Shown: positions 30,956 to 40,470 of the stretch, piece after piece
Position numbering within the stretch: the first letter of the stretch is position 1
Layout of the letters: each line of letters begins with the position of its first letter
Source of the DNA: Polaromonas sp.
GTDB lineage: Bacteria > Pseudomonadota > Gammaproteobacteria > Burkholderiales > Burkholderiaceae_C
Direction: 5' to 3'
NCBI GenBank assembly: GCA_043769005.1
Contig: JAYVJV010000050.1
Location: forward strand, 1 to 50,145
Length of the DNA stretch: 50,145 nt
Notes under the pieces: generated by a model
Seen by the model: only the letters and a program-made list of their open reading frames with translations
The model's database searches: none
What the model was told of the DNA's origin: nothing
Translations under genes and position numbers: made by a program

Positions 30956-31752
30956 CAGCGTTGCCCTGTAGTGCTGGCCGCCTGGCCTGGGCTATTGGCG
31001 CTTTTTTTGCCCAGCTCTTCGCGGCCTGCCCTGTCCCAACTGCCCGATGCGCGCAACACGCGGTCCAGGTCGCGCTTGGCTTTGCCTGCGTCGATGTTGG
31101 GGGGGAAGCGCAGCATCCAGTTGCCTGCGGGGTCCACCAAATACAGGTGGTCTGTCAGCTTGTGGCCTTTAGCTGGCTCCAACCACTGCGAGACTACAGA
31201 AGAGCTGACACGCAAGGCGTAGGCATCCACATTGGCGGCCTGTACCTGGGGCAGCAAGGCGGGTGCAATGGGAGCTTCGTCGGTGATCAGCCAAATGCGG
31301 TCGAGGCGGTCTTTTTCGCGGCCCAGGCTCTCGCGCAACTGGCGCTGCGTGTACACCTGCTTTTCGCAGGCCGCATCGCAGGCCCCGCCCGACACGCTGA
31401 CCAGCAGCCACTGCCCTTTGAGCGCGCGCAAACTGCTGGTAACACCGTCTGGGGCCGTAACAATAGCATCGGGCAGTGCGCGCATGGGCTGGATCAGCTC
31501 GCCATAATTGCGCCGTCCCTCGGGCCGCACCACGTAAAAAGTAAGGTAGGAGGCGATAACGGGCGCGGCGCACATCAGCAGTACGGCCAGCATTTTCCAG
31601 CGGCCCGACAGCTTGCGCTGGCGCACCTGTGCACCGGGCTCGGGCAAGGCGTGCACTGTCATCGTCAAGGGGCTGTCCCCGTGTACGGCAGGCATAGCTT
31701 GCGCGGCATCAGGCCTTGCGGCGGCGGTGGGAGATGAGTTGAAACCAGACAT
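30955..31752 (-). CDS. Membrane-anchored thioredoxin-fold-like protein of the cox assembly cluster
   Basis: One TM helix, then VSGGACDAACEKQ. This position between SURF1 and ctaA is typical of Burkholderiales. The start may be ATG 31695, which would avoid the 44-nt overlap with SURF1. Confidence 0.6.
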   Translation of the reverse strand: MSGFNSSPTAAARPDAAQAMPAVHGDSPLTMTVHALPEPGAQVRQRKLSGRWKMLAVLLMCAAPVIASYLTFYVVRPEGRRNYGELIQPMRALPDAIVTAPDGVTSSLRALKGQWLLVSVSGGACDAACEKQVYTQRQLRESLGREKDRLDRIWLITDEAPIAPALLPQVQAANVDAYALRVSSSVVSQWLEPAKGHKLTDHLYLVDPAGNWMLRFPPNIDAGKAKRDLDRVLRASGSWDRAGREELGKKSANSPGQAASTTGQR

Positions 31753-32638
31753 ACAAAACCATTATCAGGCCGCAAAGGGCAAACCATTGAAAAGCATAAC
31801 CGTAATGTTTGGCTACGCCAGCATCGACTGCGGGCCAGTCGCGCAGCAGGCCATCGCTATCGGGGCCACTGCTCGGCTCGTTACGCTGCTGACTGCCACG
31901 CTCGTAAACTTGACCACTGGGCACTGTTTGCAAGAGCGCCACGCTGTGCCACTGCACAGGCCGTCCCAAGTCTACGTGGGGTAGATTTTGCCAAATACGC
32001 GATGCCCCTGCTGCCAAGGGTGCACTGGCGCTGCGCTGCGCATCGCCCAGTTCATATACCCGCGAGACCGACTCCACCACCCTGCCCTGCACCGCCACCG
32101 TGCCCACCGGGGTAGCCACCACGGGCAAGCGGCTACGCTCCAGTGGGTCACGCGCCACCCAGCCACGCTGCACCCACACCACGCTGGGTGCAGCCGGCGC
32201 AGCCTGTCCAGGCGCAGGCTCTAGCTGCAAGGGGGTCACCACGAAAAAGCCGGGCTTACCCGCCATATAGCGGTTATCTAAAAATACCGTATGCGCCGCC
32301 AGCCAGGTGCCGCGCAACTGGGCCCGTCGGTACACCAAGGTCTGTGCAGAGTCGTCTGGAATGGCTTGTGAAAGCGCTTCATTGGCTTGCCCATTTACCT
32401 GCCCATCTGCTTCTTTTTTAATAGCTGCTTGCGCTATGTTTATAAGGGCTGGGAGTCTATTTCGCTCTTCTATCTGCGCTGCAAGCTGCTCTTTGGTACT
32501 GGCACGCTGCAATTGCCATGCACCCAGGCTGGCTGCTGCGCCCATCGCCAAAAGCGTTAGCACCCCCAGCACACAACCGGCCTTGCGTTGGGTGTGCCGT
32601 GCGGTCTTTGGATCCTGAGTGGGCGCGGCGGGCAACAT
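31709..32638 (-). CDS. SURF1-family cytochrome oxidase biogenesis protein
   Basis: N-terminal TM helix plus WQLQR, YRRAQLRGTW, C-terminal KHYGYAFQWF and a TM helix. Start trimmed to ATG 32638. Confidence 0.8.
   Translation of the reverse strand: MLPAAPTQDPKTARHTQRKAGCVLGVLTLLAMGAAASLGAWQLQRASTKEQLAAQIEERNRLPALINIAQAAIKKEADGQVNGQANEALSQAIPDDSAQTLVYRRAQLRGTWLAAHTVFLDNRYMAGKPGFFVVTPLQLEPAPGQAAPAAPSVVWVQRGWVARDPLERSRLPVVATPVGTVAVQGRVVESVSRVYELGDAQRSASAPLAAGASRIWQNLPHVDLGRPVQWHSVALLQTVPSGQVYERGSQQRNEPSSGPDSDGLLRDWPAVDAGVAKHYGYAFQWFALCGLIMVLYVWFQLISHRRRKA
32415..32465 (+). repeat. Family A short dispersed repeat, copy A7 (inside SURF1)
   Basis: TTTTTTAATAGCTGCTTGCGCTATGTTTATAAGGGCTGGGAGTCTATTTCGC. 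Read on the minus strand as LPALINIAQAAIKKE. Confidence 0.75.
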
Positions 32639-32656
32639 CACGGGATAATCGGGCTT

Positions 32657-32920
32657 ATGCAATTTCTCATCGCCATCGCTTTTATCGCCATACTCGCCAG
32701 CCTGGCAGCGGCACTTTTCTTTATGGTGCGAGGCGGTGGCAAGCCGGACGAGGCCGGCCAAACCAGCACCGACCCTGCGACCAACCATGCCAAACGCAAC
32801 AAGGCTATGGCGCGTGCTCTGGCCCTGCGGGTGGGCGTGTCGGTGGTATTGTTCATTTGCGTGCTCTTGGCCTGGAAGCTGGGCTACATTGCCCCCACAG
32901 GCATTCCTGCCGGAAAATAA
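32657..32920 (+). CDS. Twin transmembrane helix small protein (DUF2909-like)
   Basis: 87 aa, with two hydrophobic helices separated by a charged loop. Opposite-strand position between SURF1 and ctaE. Confidence 0.7.
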   Translation: MQFLIAIAFIAILASLAAALFFMVRGGGKPDEAGQTSTDPATNHAKRNKAMARALALRVGVSVVLFICVLLAWKLGYIAPTGIPAGK

Positions 32921-32944
32921 AAAAGCCGCTAAGCGGCTTTTTTA
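32919..32944. terminator. Bidirectional hairpin terminator
   Basis: AAAAAAGCCGC-TAA-GCGGCTTTTTT between convergent genes. Confidence 0.7.
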
Positions 32945-32962
32945 TCGCGTGGCGCATGAGGT

Positions 32963-33844
32963 TTACAGCCAGTAAACCAGGATGTACAGGCCCAGCCACA
33001 CGACATCCACAAAGTGCCAGTACCAAGCGGCACCTTCAAAGCCAAAATGCTTTTCTGGGGTGAAGTGGCCTTTTTGCAAACGCAGGGTAATAAACAGCAG
33101 CATCAACATGCCCACAAACACATGGAAACCGTGGAAGCCGGTAAGCATGAAGAAAGTGGAGCCAAAAATGCCCGACGTGAGCTTGAGGTTCAAATCAGAA
33201 TACGCATGGTAGTACTCATAGCCTTGCACGATCAAGAAAACAATACCCAGCAACACGGTGAGCCACATGTACAAGATTGTCTTGCTGCGGTTGCCAGCTA
33301 GCAGCGCATGGTGTGCAATGGTGATAGTGACACCCGAGGTCAGCAGCAAGCCAGTGTTGATCGTAGGCAGTGGCCAGGGGCCCATAGTGGTAAACGGCTC
33401 TACGATGCCCGCAGGCGACGTGGTGGCACCTGCCACTACACTGGGCCACACGCCTTTGAAGTTGGGCCAGAGCAGCGCGTTTTCCAGGCTGCCCAGCTCG
33501 GGCACCGAGTGCATCCGGGCAAACCACAGCGCCGCAAAAAACGCACCGAAGAACATGACCTCGGAGAAAATAAACCAACTCATGCTCCAGCGGAAAGACA
33601 AGTCAATCTTGTGGCCATAAAGGCCCGACTGGCTCTCGGAGATGGCCTGTTTGAACCAGAAAAACAAAGTGCCCAGCCAAATGGCCATGCCGACTGCCAG
33701 CGAGTAAGCGCCCCAGTCCGAGCCGTTGATCCAAAAGCCTGCGCCCAGGATCACAAAAAACAACCCAAACGACGCACTGACCGGGAAACCCGATGGTGCT
33801 GGCACAAAGTAATGCGGCGTGGTGCCCGGTGCTACTGAACTCAT
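32963..33844 (-). CDS. ctaE: Cytochrome c oxidase subunit III
   Basis: 7-TM protein with C-terminal FGFEGAAWYWHFVDVVWL. Confidence 0.93.
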   Translation of the reverse strand: MSSVAPGTTPHYFVPAPSGFPVSASFGLFFVILGAGFWINGSDWGAYSLAVGMAIWLGTLFFWFKQAISESQSGLYGHKIDLSFRWSMSWFIFSEVMFFGAFFAALWFARMHSVPELGSLENALLWPNFKGVWPSVVAGATTSPAGIVEPFTTMGPWPLPTINTGLLLTSGVTITIAHHALLAGNRSKTILYMWLTVLLGIVFLIVQGYEYYHAYSDLNLKLTSGIFGSTFFMLTGFHGFHVFVGMLMLLFITLRLQKGHFTPEKHFGFEGAAWYWHFVDVVWLGLYILVYWL

Positions 33845-33909
33845 GTAAATTGACTCCTACTCTCAATCATTTTAAAAACTGTTTTGCTTTGGGATGGTTT
33901 GAGGCATAT

Positions 33910-34104
33910 TTATTTTGCCGCTACCACTGCCCATCGCACGAAAAATACCAAAGCGAAAACTAACAAACCTGCCCCGGCGAGGCCGACCACAAATAGGTGT
34001 ATAGGGTTGATTTTTTGTGTCTCCACATCAAACTCTTTGCCACTGCGCAGCCCAACAAACGACCAGGCCACGGTTTTAACCGTATGCAACCAATTGGCAC
34101 TCAT
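33910..34104 (-). CDS. DUF2970-family small membrane protein
   Basis: 64 aa, AWSFVGLRS...INP plus a TM helix. ATGA overlap with ctaG. Confidence 0.7.
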   Translation of the reverse strand: MSANWLHTVKTVAWSFVGLRSGKEFDVETQKINPIHLFVVGLAGAGLLVFALVFFVRWAVVAAK

Positions 34105-34730
34105 ACAGGTGCCTTTGGCAGAGCCAGCGCAGAAGGCTGCACTACGGCAGGCAATACCGCCGCCGTAGTTGCAACTGGCGCGGGTGGTGTTTTACCGCCC
34201 ACTTCAAAGAAGGTATAAGACAGCGTAATGGTCGTCACGTCTTTGGACAGCTTGGGGTCGATGATGAAGGCCACGGGCCAGGATTTTTTCTCGCCTGGCT
34301 CCAGTGTGTACTGATTAAAGCAAAAACACTCGAGCTTGTTAAAGTGGGCCGAGGCCTGCTTGGGCGCGTAGCTGGGAATTGCCTGTGCGGCCATGCGGCG
34401 GTTTTGGATGTTTTGAAACTCGTACATCACCGTGGCCAGCTCGCCGGGGTGTACCTGGATGGAGCGCTGGGCGGGCTTGAAGTCCCAGGGACCGCGTGAA
34501 TTGGCATCGAACTCGATGGTGATGGTGCGGGTTTTGTCGACCTGGGTGTTGGCCAGCGACTTGGCCTTGACACCGGTGATGTCTCGCTCGCCCAAGGCCA
34601 AAATGTTGATGCCTGTCATCTTGCAAATGGCTTTGTAGATGGGGACCAACGCATAGCCAAAAGCGAACATGCCCAGCGTGACGATGGCCAGCTTACCCAC
34701 CATTTTGATGTTGTCGGTTTTGAGTGCCAT
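34101..34730 (-). CDS. ctaG: Cytochrome c oxidase assembly protein CtaG/Cox11
   Basis: N-terminal TM helix, CFCF copper motif, and the typical FEVHPGE-like core. Confidence 0.9.
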   Translation of the reverse strand: MALKTDNIKMVGKLAIVTLGMFAFGYALVPIYKAICKMTGINILALGERDITGVKAKSLANTQVDKTRTITIEFDANSRGPWDFKPAQRSIQVHPGELATVMYEFQNIQNRRMAAQAIPSYAPKQASAHFNKLECFCFNQYTLEPGEKKSWPVAFIIDPKLSKDVTTITLSYTFFEVGGKTPPAPVATTAAVLPAVVQPSALALPKAPV

Positions 34731-34745
34731 GACAGTGCGGCGCGT

Positions 34746-34943
34746 TTACTTGGCGGCAGGCGCAGCAGGCGCTGGCGTGGCCGGTGCGGCCAGCACGGCG
34801 GCGCTGCCCGTCATACGGGCAGGCGGCTTGGCTGCGCCAAAAAACGTCAGGCGCACCATGAAACCAACGAAGAAAATCAACGCGATCGAGCCCAGGATCA
34901 GGCCCAAGCGCAGATTGTTTTTCTTTTGTTCCGGTGTGAGCAT
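34746..34943 (-). CDS. Cytochrome oxidase small assembly protein-like
   Basis: 65 aa, N-terminal LTPEQKKNNLRLGLILGSIALIFFVGF plus an Ala/Pro-rich tail. Lies between ctaD and ctaG. Confidence 0.55.
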   Translation of the reverse strand: MLTPEQKKNNLRLGLILGSIALIFFVGFMVRLTFFGAAKPPARMTGSAAVLAAPATPAPAAPAAK

Positions 34944-34974
34944 GGACGGTCTCTATAACCAATGGTGGTGCAGC

Positions 34975-36624
34975 TTAGTGCGCCAAAATCTTGGTGGCAT
35001 CGCGGTTGAGCTTGGGCGGAGTTTCAAAGGTGTGGAAGGGGGCTGGCGAGGGTACTTCCCACTCCAGGCCTTCAGCGCCTTTGCCATCCGGGTCTTGCCA
35101 GGGGTTTTGTTTGGCTGGCTCGCCCTTGCCCATCATGGTCGGCAGGACGATGAAGAAGAAGAAGTACACCTGTGCAAAACCGAAAGCAAAAGCGCCGACC
35201 GATGCAATCCAGTTGAAGTCGGCAAACTGCATGGGGTAGTCTGCGTAGCGTCGCGGCATACCTGCCAGACCCAGAAAGTGCATGGGGAAGAAGGTGACGT
35301 TAAACGCAATCAGGCTCCACCAGAAGTGAATCTTGCCACGTGTTTCGTTGTACATCACGCCCGTCCACTTGGGGGCCCAATAGTAGTAACCTGCGAACAG
35401 CGCATACAGGGAACCTGCCACCAGTACATAGTGGAAGTGCGCCACCACGTAGTAAGTGTCTTGCACCTGGGTGTCAATCGGTGCCACCGACAGAATCAAG
35501 CCGGTGAAGCCGCCCATGGTGAACACGAAGATGAAGCCTACGGCAAACAGCATGGGGGTTTCAAAGGTCATCTCGCCCTTCCACATGGTGGCGATCCAGT
35601 TAAAAATTTTCACGCCGGTAGGTACGGCAATCAGCATGGTGGCGTACATGAAGAACAACTGGCCAGTCACCGGCATGCCGGTGGTGAACATGTGGTGCGC
35701 CCACACAATGAAGGACAAAATAGCGATGGACGACGTAGCGTAGACCATTGAAGCGTAGCCAAACAGCTTTTTGCGGGCGAATGCGGGAATGATCTGGCTG
35801 ACGATGCCGAAGGCGGGCAAAATCATGATGTAGACCTCGGGGTGACCGAAGAACCAGAAGATGTGCTGGAACATCACCGGGTCGCCGCCGCCTGCGGGGT
35901 TAAAAAAGCTGGTGCCAAAGTGGCGGTCGGTCAGCGTCATGGTGATGGCACCAGCGAGCACGGGCATGACCGCGATCAGCAGGTAAGCGGTGATGAGCCA
36001 GGTCCAGCAGAACATCGGCATCTTCATCAGGGTCATGCCAGGGGCGCGCATATTCAAAATGGTGACGATGATGTTGATCGAACCCATAATGGAGCTGGCA
36101 CCCAGAATATGCAGGGCAAAAATACCGCTGTCCATGCCGGGGCCCATTTGCAGAGACAGGGGCGCGTACAGCGTCCAGCCGCCAGCAGGCGCGCCACCGG
36201 GCAGAAAGAAGCTACTGACCACCATCAAAGCGGCGGGAATCATCAGCCAGAAGCTGAAGTTGTTCATGCGTGCAAAGGCCATGTCGGCCGCGCCGATTTG
36301 CAGCGGAATCATCCAGTTGGCAAAGCCCACAAAGGCCGGCATGATGGCGCCAAACACCATGATGATGCCGTGCATGGTGGTGAATTGGTTGAACAGTTCG
36401 GGGTTGACGAACTGCAGGCCGGGCTGGAACAACTCGGCGCGGATGGCCAAGGCCAACACACCGCCGATCATCAGCATGGCAAAAGCAAACAGCAGGTACA
36501 GGGTGCCGATGTCTTTGTGGTTGGTGGCGTAGACCCAGCGCTTCCATCCTGTGGGGGCGTGGTCGTGGTGATCGTCGTGGGCATGCTCGCCTGCGTGGCC
36601 GTGGTTGTCTAGTACTGCGCTCAT
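34975..36624 (-). CDS. ctaD: Cytochrome c oxidase subunit I
   Basis: 12-TM heme-copper oxidase with WFFGHPEVY and HHMF motifs. Confidence 0.96.
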   Translation of the reverse strand: MSAVLDNHGHAGEHAHDDHHDHAPTGWKRWVYATNHKDIGTLYLLFAFAMLMIGGVLALAIRAELFQPGLQFVNPELFNQFTTMHGIIMVFGAIMPAFVGFANWMIPLQIGAADMAFARMNNFSFWLMIPAALMVVSSFFLPGGAPAGGWTLYAPLSLQMGPGMDSGIFALHILGASSIMGSINIIVTILNMRAPGMTLMKMPMFCWTWLITAYLLIAVMPVLAGAITMTLTDRHFGTSFFNPAGGGDPVMFQHIFWFFGHPEVYIMILPAFGIVSQIIPAFARKKLFGYASMVYATSSIAILSFIVWAHHMFTTGMPVTGQLFFMYATMLIAVPTGVKIFNWIATMWKGEMTFETPMLFAVGFIFVFTMGGFTGLILSVAPIDTQVQDTYYVVAHFHYVLVAGSLYALFAGYYYWAPKWTGVMYNETRGKIHFWWSLIAFNVTFFPMHFLGLAGMPRRYADYPMQFADFNWIASVGAFAFGFAQVYFFFFIVLPTMMGKGEPAKQNPWQDPDGKGAEGLEWEVPSPAPFHTFETPPKLNRDATKILAH

Positions 36625-36672
36625 AGTGTGGTGTCCTGCTTGATCTTTAGAGAGATGAAGGTGTTTCAGTGT

Positions 36673-37878
36673 TTATTTGCGTGCAGACTTGATGTCAGCG
36701 GGTTGCACGATTTGACCGGTTTTGTTAGACCAGTTGTTCTTGGTGTAGGTAATCACCGCTGCAATTTCAGTGTCGGAGAGCTGCTTCCAGGCAGGCATGG
36801 CTCCGTTGGCTTGACCGTTTAGCATGATGCCGATCTGCTTGGCCTTATCGGCATCTAGCACCACCGCTGCGCCGTCCAGCGCTTTGATGGGGCCAGCGCC
36901 CTTGCCCGTAGCCTGGTGGCAAGCCGCGCAGTTGGCAGCGTAGACTTTTTCGCCACGCTTGCTGATGTCGTCCAGCGTCCACACCTTGCCTGGATCATCG
37001 GCTTTGGCGGCAAGTTTTTTCTTCTCGCCATCGACCCATTTGCTGTAGTCTTCGGCGCTCACCACTTTGACGTGGATGGGCATGTAGGCATGCTCTTTAC
37101 CGCACAGCTCTTGGCACTGGCCGTGGTAGTCGCCGATTTTCTCGGCGCGGAACCAGGTGTCGCGCACAAAACCGGGAATCGCGTCTTGCTTGATGCCGAA
37201 AGACGGCACCGCAAAGGCGTGGATCACGTCGTTGGCTGTGGTGATGATGCGGATTTTTTTATCCACTGGCACCACCATCGGGTTGTCGACTTTGAACAAA
37301 TAGTCGTCTGGTACGACGGTGCCTTTGGGCAGGCCACTGTTGGACAGCTCGCGGTGGGTGTTGTCTAGCGTAGAAATAAAGCCGATGCCTTCGCCCTCGC
37401 CCTTGATGTAGTCGTAGCCCCATTTCCACTGGTAACCGGTGGCTTTAATGGTCAGGTCGGCATTGGTGCTGTCTTTTTGCGCCACCAGCACTTTGGTAGC
37501 AGGCAAGGCCATGCCAATCACGATCAGGAAAGGCACAATCGTCCAGCCAATTTCTACCCACAGCGGCTCGGCCAACTCCTGGGCCTTGTGACCTACCGAT
37601 TTACGGTGCTTCCAGATAGAGTAAAACATCACGCCAAACACGGCCAGGAAGATGACGATACAAATGATCATCATGAACCAGTGCAGCCAATGCTGCTCGG
37701 CGGCTATTTTGGTAACGGGGGGTGGCAAATTGAGCTGCCAGCGCGATGGGCCGCCAGGCAAATCATTGATAGCAAATGCCGCACCGCTGAATGCCATGCC
37801 GGTGGCCAAACCCAAATTTTGTAGCAATTTTTTAAGCAGCATATGCAACGTGCTGGGGATGCTTTTCACCTTATTCAC
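36673..37878 (-). CDS. ctaC: Cytochrome c oxidase subunit II with a fused C-terminal cytochrome c domain
   Basis: CuA site HAFAVPSFG...CQELCGKEHAYMP and C-terminal CAACH. Start is either GTG 37878 or ATG 37842. Confidence 0.93.
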   Translation of the reverse strand: MNKVKSIPSTLHMLLKKLLQNLGLATGMAFSGAAFAINDLPGGPSRWQLNLPPPVTKIAAEQHWLHWFMMIICIVIFLAVFGVMFYSIWKHRKSVGHKAQELAEPLWVEIGWTIVPFLIVIGMALPATKVLVAQKDSTNADLTIKATGYQWKWGYDYIKGEGEGIGFISTLDNTHRELSNSGLPKGTVVPDDYLFKVDNPMVVPVDKKIRIITTANDVIHAFAVPSFGIKQDAIPGFVRDTWFRAEKIGDYHGQCQELCGKEHAYMPIHVKVVSAEDYSKWVDGEKKKLAAKADDPGKVWTLDDISKRGEKVYAANCAACHQATGKGAGPIKALDGAAVVLDADKAKQIGIMLNGQANGAMPAWKQLSDTEIAAVITYTKNNWSNKTGQIVQPADIKSARK

Positions 37879-37942
37879 TTTTAGTTTGCCTCAAATCAAC
37901 GTCAATAAAAATTCTTCACCTCGGGCGCTGCGCTCTGTCACT

Positions 37943-38419
37943 CTAGGCCGCGCGCAACGCCATCCGTATCTCTTTGGCCAGCACCCTGCGCAACTCAGGG
38001 CGAATATGCCGCCCGATATGTACGCTTTGGCCCTGGCCTGACAGCTCGATCAACGACCTGTCGTCCCTGTGGGGCTCTACCCTTACCCATTCGCGGTTGA
38101 ACTCGGCGCGCAGCAGTTTGCCTGCGCTGGTTTGCTCTACCACCAACTGGTTTCCGTGCAAAACTATCTGCTCACCATCAGCCGCGTGGCGGGCATAGAC
38201 CATAAAGGCCACACCCACCATCGTCAACTCTGCCCACGCAAATGGCATCACCATTGTTGCACCCACCAGCCAAAAGCCCCCGGCGATCCCCAGGGAGACC
38301 GTGCACACAGAAACATACAGCCAGCCCAACTGCGCAGGCGTTGCTGAACAGTTGCGCAGCAGCTTCCAGTGAATTTGCTGGTCAGAGACCGTAGCGAGCC
38401 GAAAACCAAAATCTGGCAT
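37943..38419 (-). CDS. DUF2244-family membrane protein
   Basis: WKLLRNCSATPAQ, two TM helices, and EWVRVEP. Typical position upstream of ctaC. Confidence 0.7.
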   Translation of the reverse strand: MPDFGFRLATVSDQQIHWKLLRNCSATPAQLGWLYVSVCTVSLGIAGGFWLVGATMVMPFAWAELTMVGVAFMVYARHAADGEQIVLHGNQLVVEQTSAGKLLRAEFNREWVRVEPHRDDRSLIELSGQGQSVHIGRHIRPELRRVLAKEIRMALRAA

Positions 38420-38532
38420 GGACAGCTTTTAAGAGCGTGGGAACATACCCAATAGTCTTGCAACTATATATTGTAGCGCGGGTTGACCCTAGGTTTGCCC
38501 ACCCATGCCCCTAACTTTTAGCAGCTTATCCG

Positions 38533-39450
38533 TCACTTAGGCATGGGCCTGCCTTGGGCCAGCAGGGCGCGCATGTCTTGCATCGACACCGACGACTCCG
38601 AGCTGACTTTAATGCGGGGACTGGGCTTGAATGCGTGGCCATAAATAATTTCAAACGTCAGCTGGATGCTGCCGCCCTCACTGGCAACGCCCATTTGCTC
38701 CTGCATCGCAGCCTCTAGCCGCGCCCGGTAGCCGCGCCCCCGCAGACCGGCAAAGCGCTGCGGATGCAGATTGCGACCCAGGCCGCGCAGCTCTTGCAGG
38801 GCGCGCTGTGGACTGGCAAAGCTGAGCACGATGCGTTCCATATCCATCACTGGCTCGGCAAAGCCCGACTGCACCAGCATGTCGCCCCAGTCGTGCATGT
38901 CGGTAAAGCTGTGGCTGCACGGGCCCCAGCCCAGCGCAAGGTAGAGCTTTTGCAGCTCGCGCACGGTGTCTGGCCCCAGGCAAGAGAACATCAAAAAACC
39001 ATCCACCGCCAGCGCCCGCTGCCATTGCCCGATCAGCGCTAAGGGGTCAGCCTGGCTATGCAGCAACATGTTAGCCCACACTAGTTGCACTGCGCCGTCT
39101 GTGGGCGGCCCTGAGTGCGTTGCACCAGCGTGCCAACGGGCTGGATTCCACCACGGTTTAGCTACTGATTTAATAGCTGCTTGCGCAATATTTAATTGGC
39201 TTTCCACCATATAACATGCTGAATTTGCGTATTGCGCAGCGACTTTTTGATGGGTTTGCATGCCGCCTTGCAGCGGAGCCCAATGCGCCCATGCCGCAGG
39301 CGCTTTTTTAATCCACTGCAAGCGCTCTTGCATGCGGCTGCCCACCTCTTCGTGCAGCCAGGGTGCCTGCAAATGGCTGCTACGCTCGCGCACGCGCTCC
39401 CAGTGCGCTGCGGCCAGGGGATCGATGGTGGGGGGGCGATGGTCTGCCAT
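38533..39450 (-). CDS. BioC-like methyltransferase-fold protein with a degenerate SAM motif
   Basis: Class I methyltransferase-like core (VQLVWANMLLH...ALAVDGFLMFSCLGPDT). The Gly-rich motif I is replaced by WAHWAPLQGG. Start trimmed to ATG 39450, divergent from comF. Confidence 0.6.
   Translation of the reverse strand: MADHRPPTIDPLAAAHWERVRERSSHLQAPWLHEEVGSRMQERLQWIKKAPAAWAHWAPLQGGMQTHQKVAAQYANSACYMVESQLNIAQAAIKSVAKPWWNPARWHAGATHSGPPTDGAVQLVWANMLLHSQADPLALIGQWQRALAVDGFLMFSCLGPDTVRELQKLYLALGWGPCSHSFTDMHDWGDMLVQSGFAEPVMDMERIVLSFASPQRALQELRGLGRNLHPQRFAGLRGRGYRARLEAAMQEQMGVASEGGSIQLTFEIIYGHAFKPSPRIKVSSESSVSMQDMRALLAQGRPMPK
39161..39215 (+). repeat. Family A short dispersed repeat, copy A8 (inside the BioC-like gene)
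   Basis: GCTACTGATTTAATAGCTGCTTGCGCAATATTTAATTGGC... The 28-nt core matches copy A7 at 24 positions by hand count. Read as ESQLNIAQAAIKSVA. Confidence 0.75.
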
Positions 39451-39613
39451 AGTGTGCGGCGTGAGGGGTAGCGTTAAAGGGTGGTGTAGTGCAATCAAAG
39501 GCATTAAAGGGCAGCTGCCGTGCTGCGCAGTATATGGGTTGATACTTGCTTGCCCTGCCGCTGTGGTCTTCAATTTATCATCGGCTATTGAATTTTTTTC
39601 TTTTCTGCAACCC

Positions 39614-40408
39614 ATGTTTTCTAAACTGCTAGCGCGCACCCGTAGGGCACTGCCAAGCCAGTGCGCGGTGTGCCACGCCTGGGCGCACGAGCGCGTGTGC
39701 CCAGACTGTGTGCAACGCTTTACACCCATTACGCAGCGCTGCACAGGCTGCGCATTGCCGCTGGCAGGCACTGCTACGCATTGCGGTGCCTGTGTGCAGC
39801 ACCCAAGCGCACTGGACACATGCCTAGCCGCTGTGGACTATGCCTATCCTTGGGATGGGTTGCTGGCTAGGCTCAAATTTGCCAGCAGCGCGGGTACCAA
39901 CCCCGACCCAGCCTTGGCCCGCACACTCGCGGTCATCATGGGTCAGCAGCCTGCTATGCAACTGGCGCTCCAGCAGGCCGACTGGGTACTGCCCATCCCC
40001 CTTGCCCTGCCAAGGTTGCGTCAGCGTGGTTTTAACCAGGCGTTGGAAATTACCAAGCACCTGCTGCATCCACAGGCCGGGCTACCCGCTTACCGTGCGC
40101 GACTGCAAGCGCAGGTTTTGCTGCGCACCCGCGATACGCCCGCGCAAGTAAACTTGAATCGCGAGCAACGCCTGCGTAATATGCTGCACGCTTTTGCACT
40201 GGAGCCGTCTTTGGCGTTGCGGATGCAAGGCGCGCGCATTGTGCTGGTAGACGATGTCACCACCACCACCGCCACCCTGTCTGCGGCAGCAAGCGTGCTG
40301 CGCGCCGCAGGGGCCCAGCACATCGTGGGAATGGTATTTGCCCGCACCCCCTTGTCTGCCCTTGAAGTACCCGATGCGCAGTTACGGCACACCGCTACTA
40401 CTGTTTAG
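39614..40408 (+). CDS. comF: ComF-family phosphoribosyltransferase-domain protein
   Basis: N-terminal CxxC...CxxC zinc-finger-like segment (CAVCHAW..CPDC...CTGC..CGAC) and C-terminal PRTase motif IVLVDDVTTT. Confidence 0.8.
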   Translation: MFSKLLARTRRALPSQCAVCHAWAHERVCPDCVQRFTPITQRCTGCALPLAGTATHCGACVQHPSALDTCLAAVDYAYPWDGLLARLKFASSAGTNPDPALARTLAVIMGQQPAMQLALQQADWVLPIPLALPRLRQRGFNQALEITKHLLHPQAGLPAYRARLQAQVLLRTRDTPAQVNLNREQRLRNMLHAFALEPSLALRMQGARIVLVDDVTTTTATLSAAASVLRAAGAQHIVGMVFARTPLSALEVPDAQLRHTATTV

Positions 40409-40470
40409 CAGATGCCAGCTATAATAGAGAGCTTTGCTGACATCATCCTCAAACCACTAGGAACCAAAAT

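Noticed and set aside
39260-39819. Mutually overlapping 5' extensions of the 428-aa (minus) and 382-aa (plus) ORFs.
   Set aside because: Both extensions are Cys/Arg-rich nonsense. Homology-like sequence begins at ATG 39450 (methyltransferase-like) and ATG 39614 (ComF), which leaves a normal divergent promoter region.
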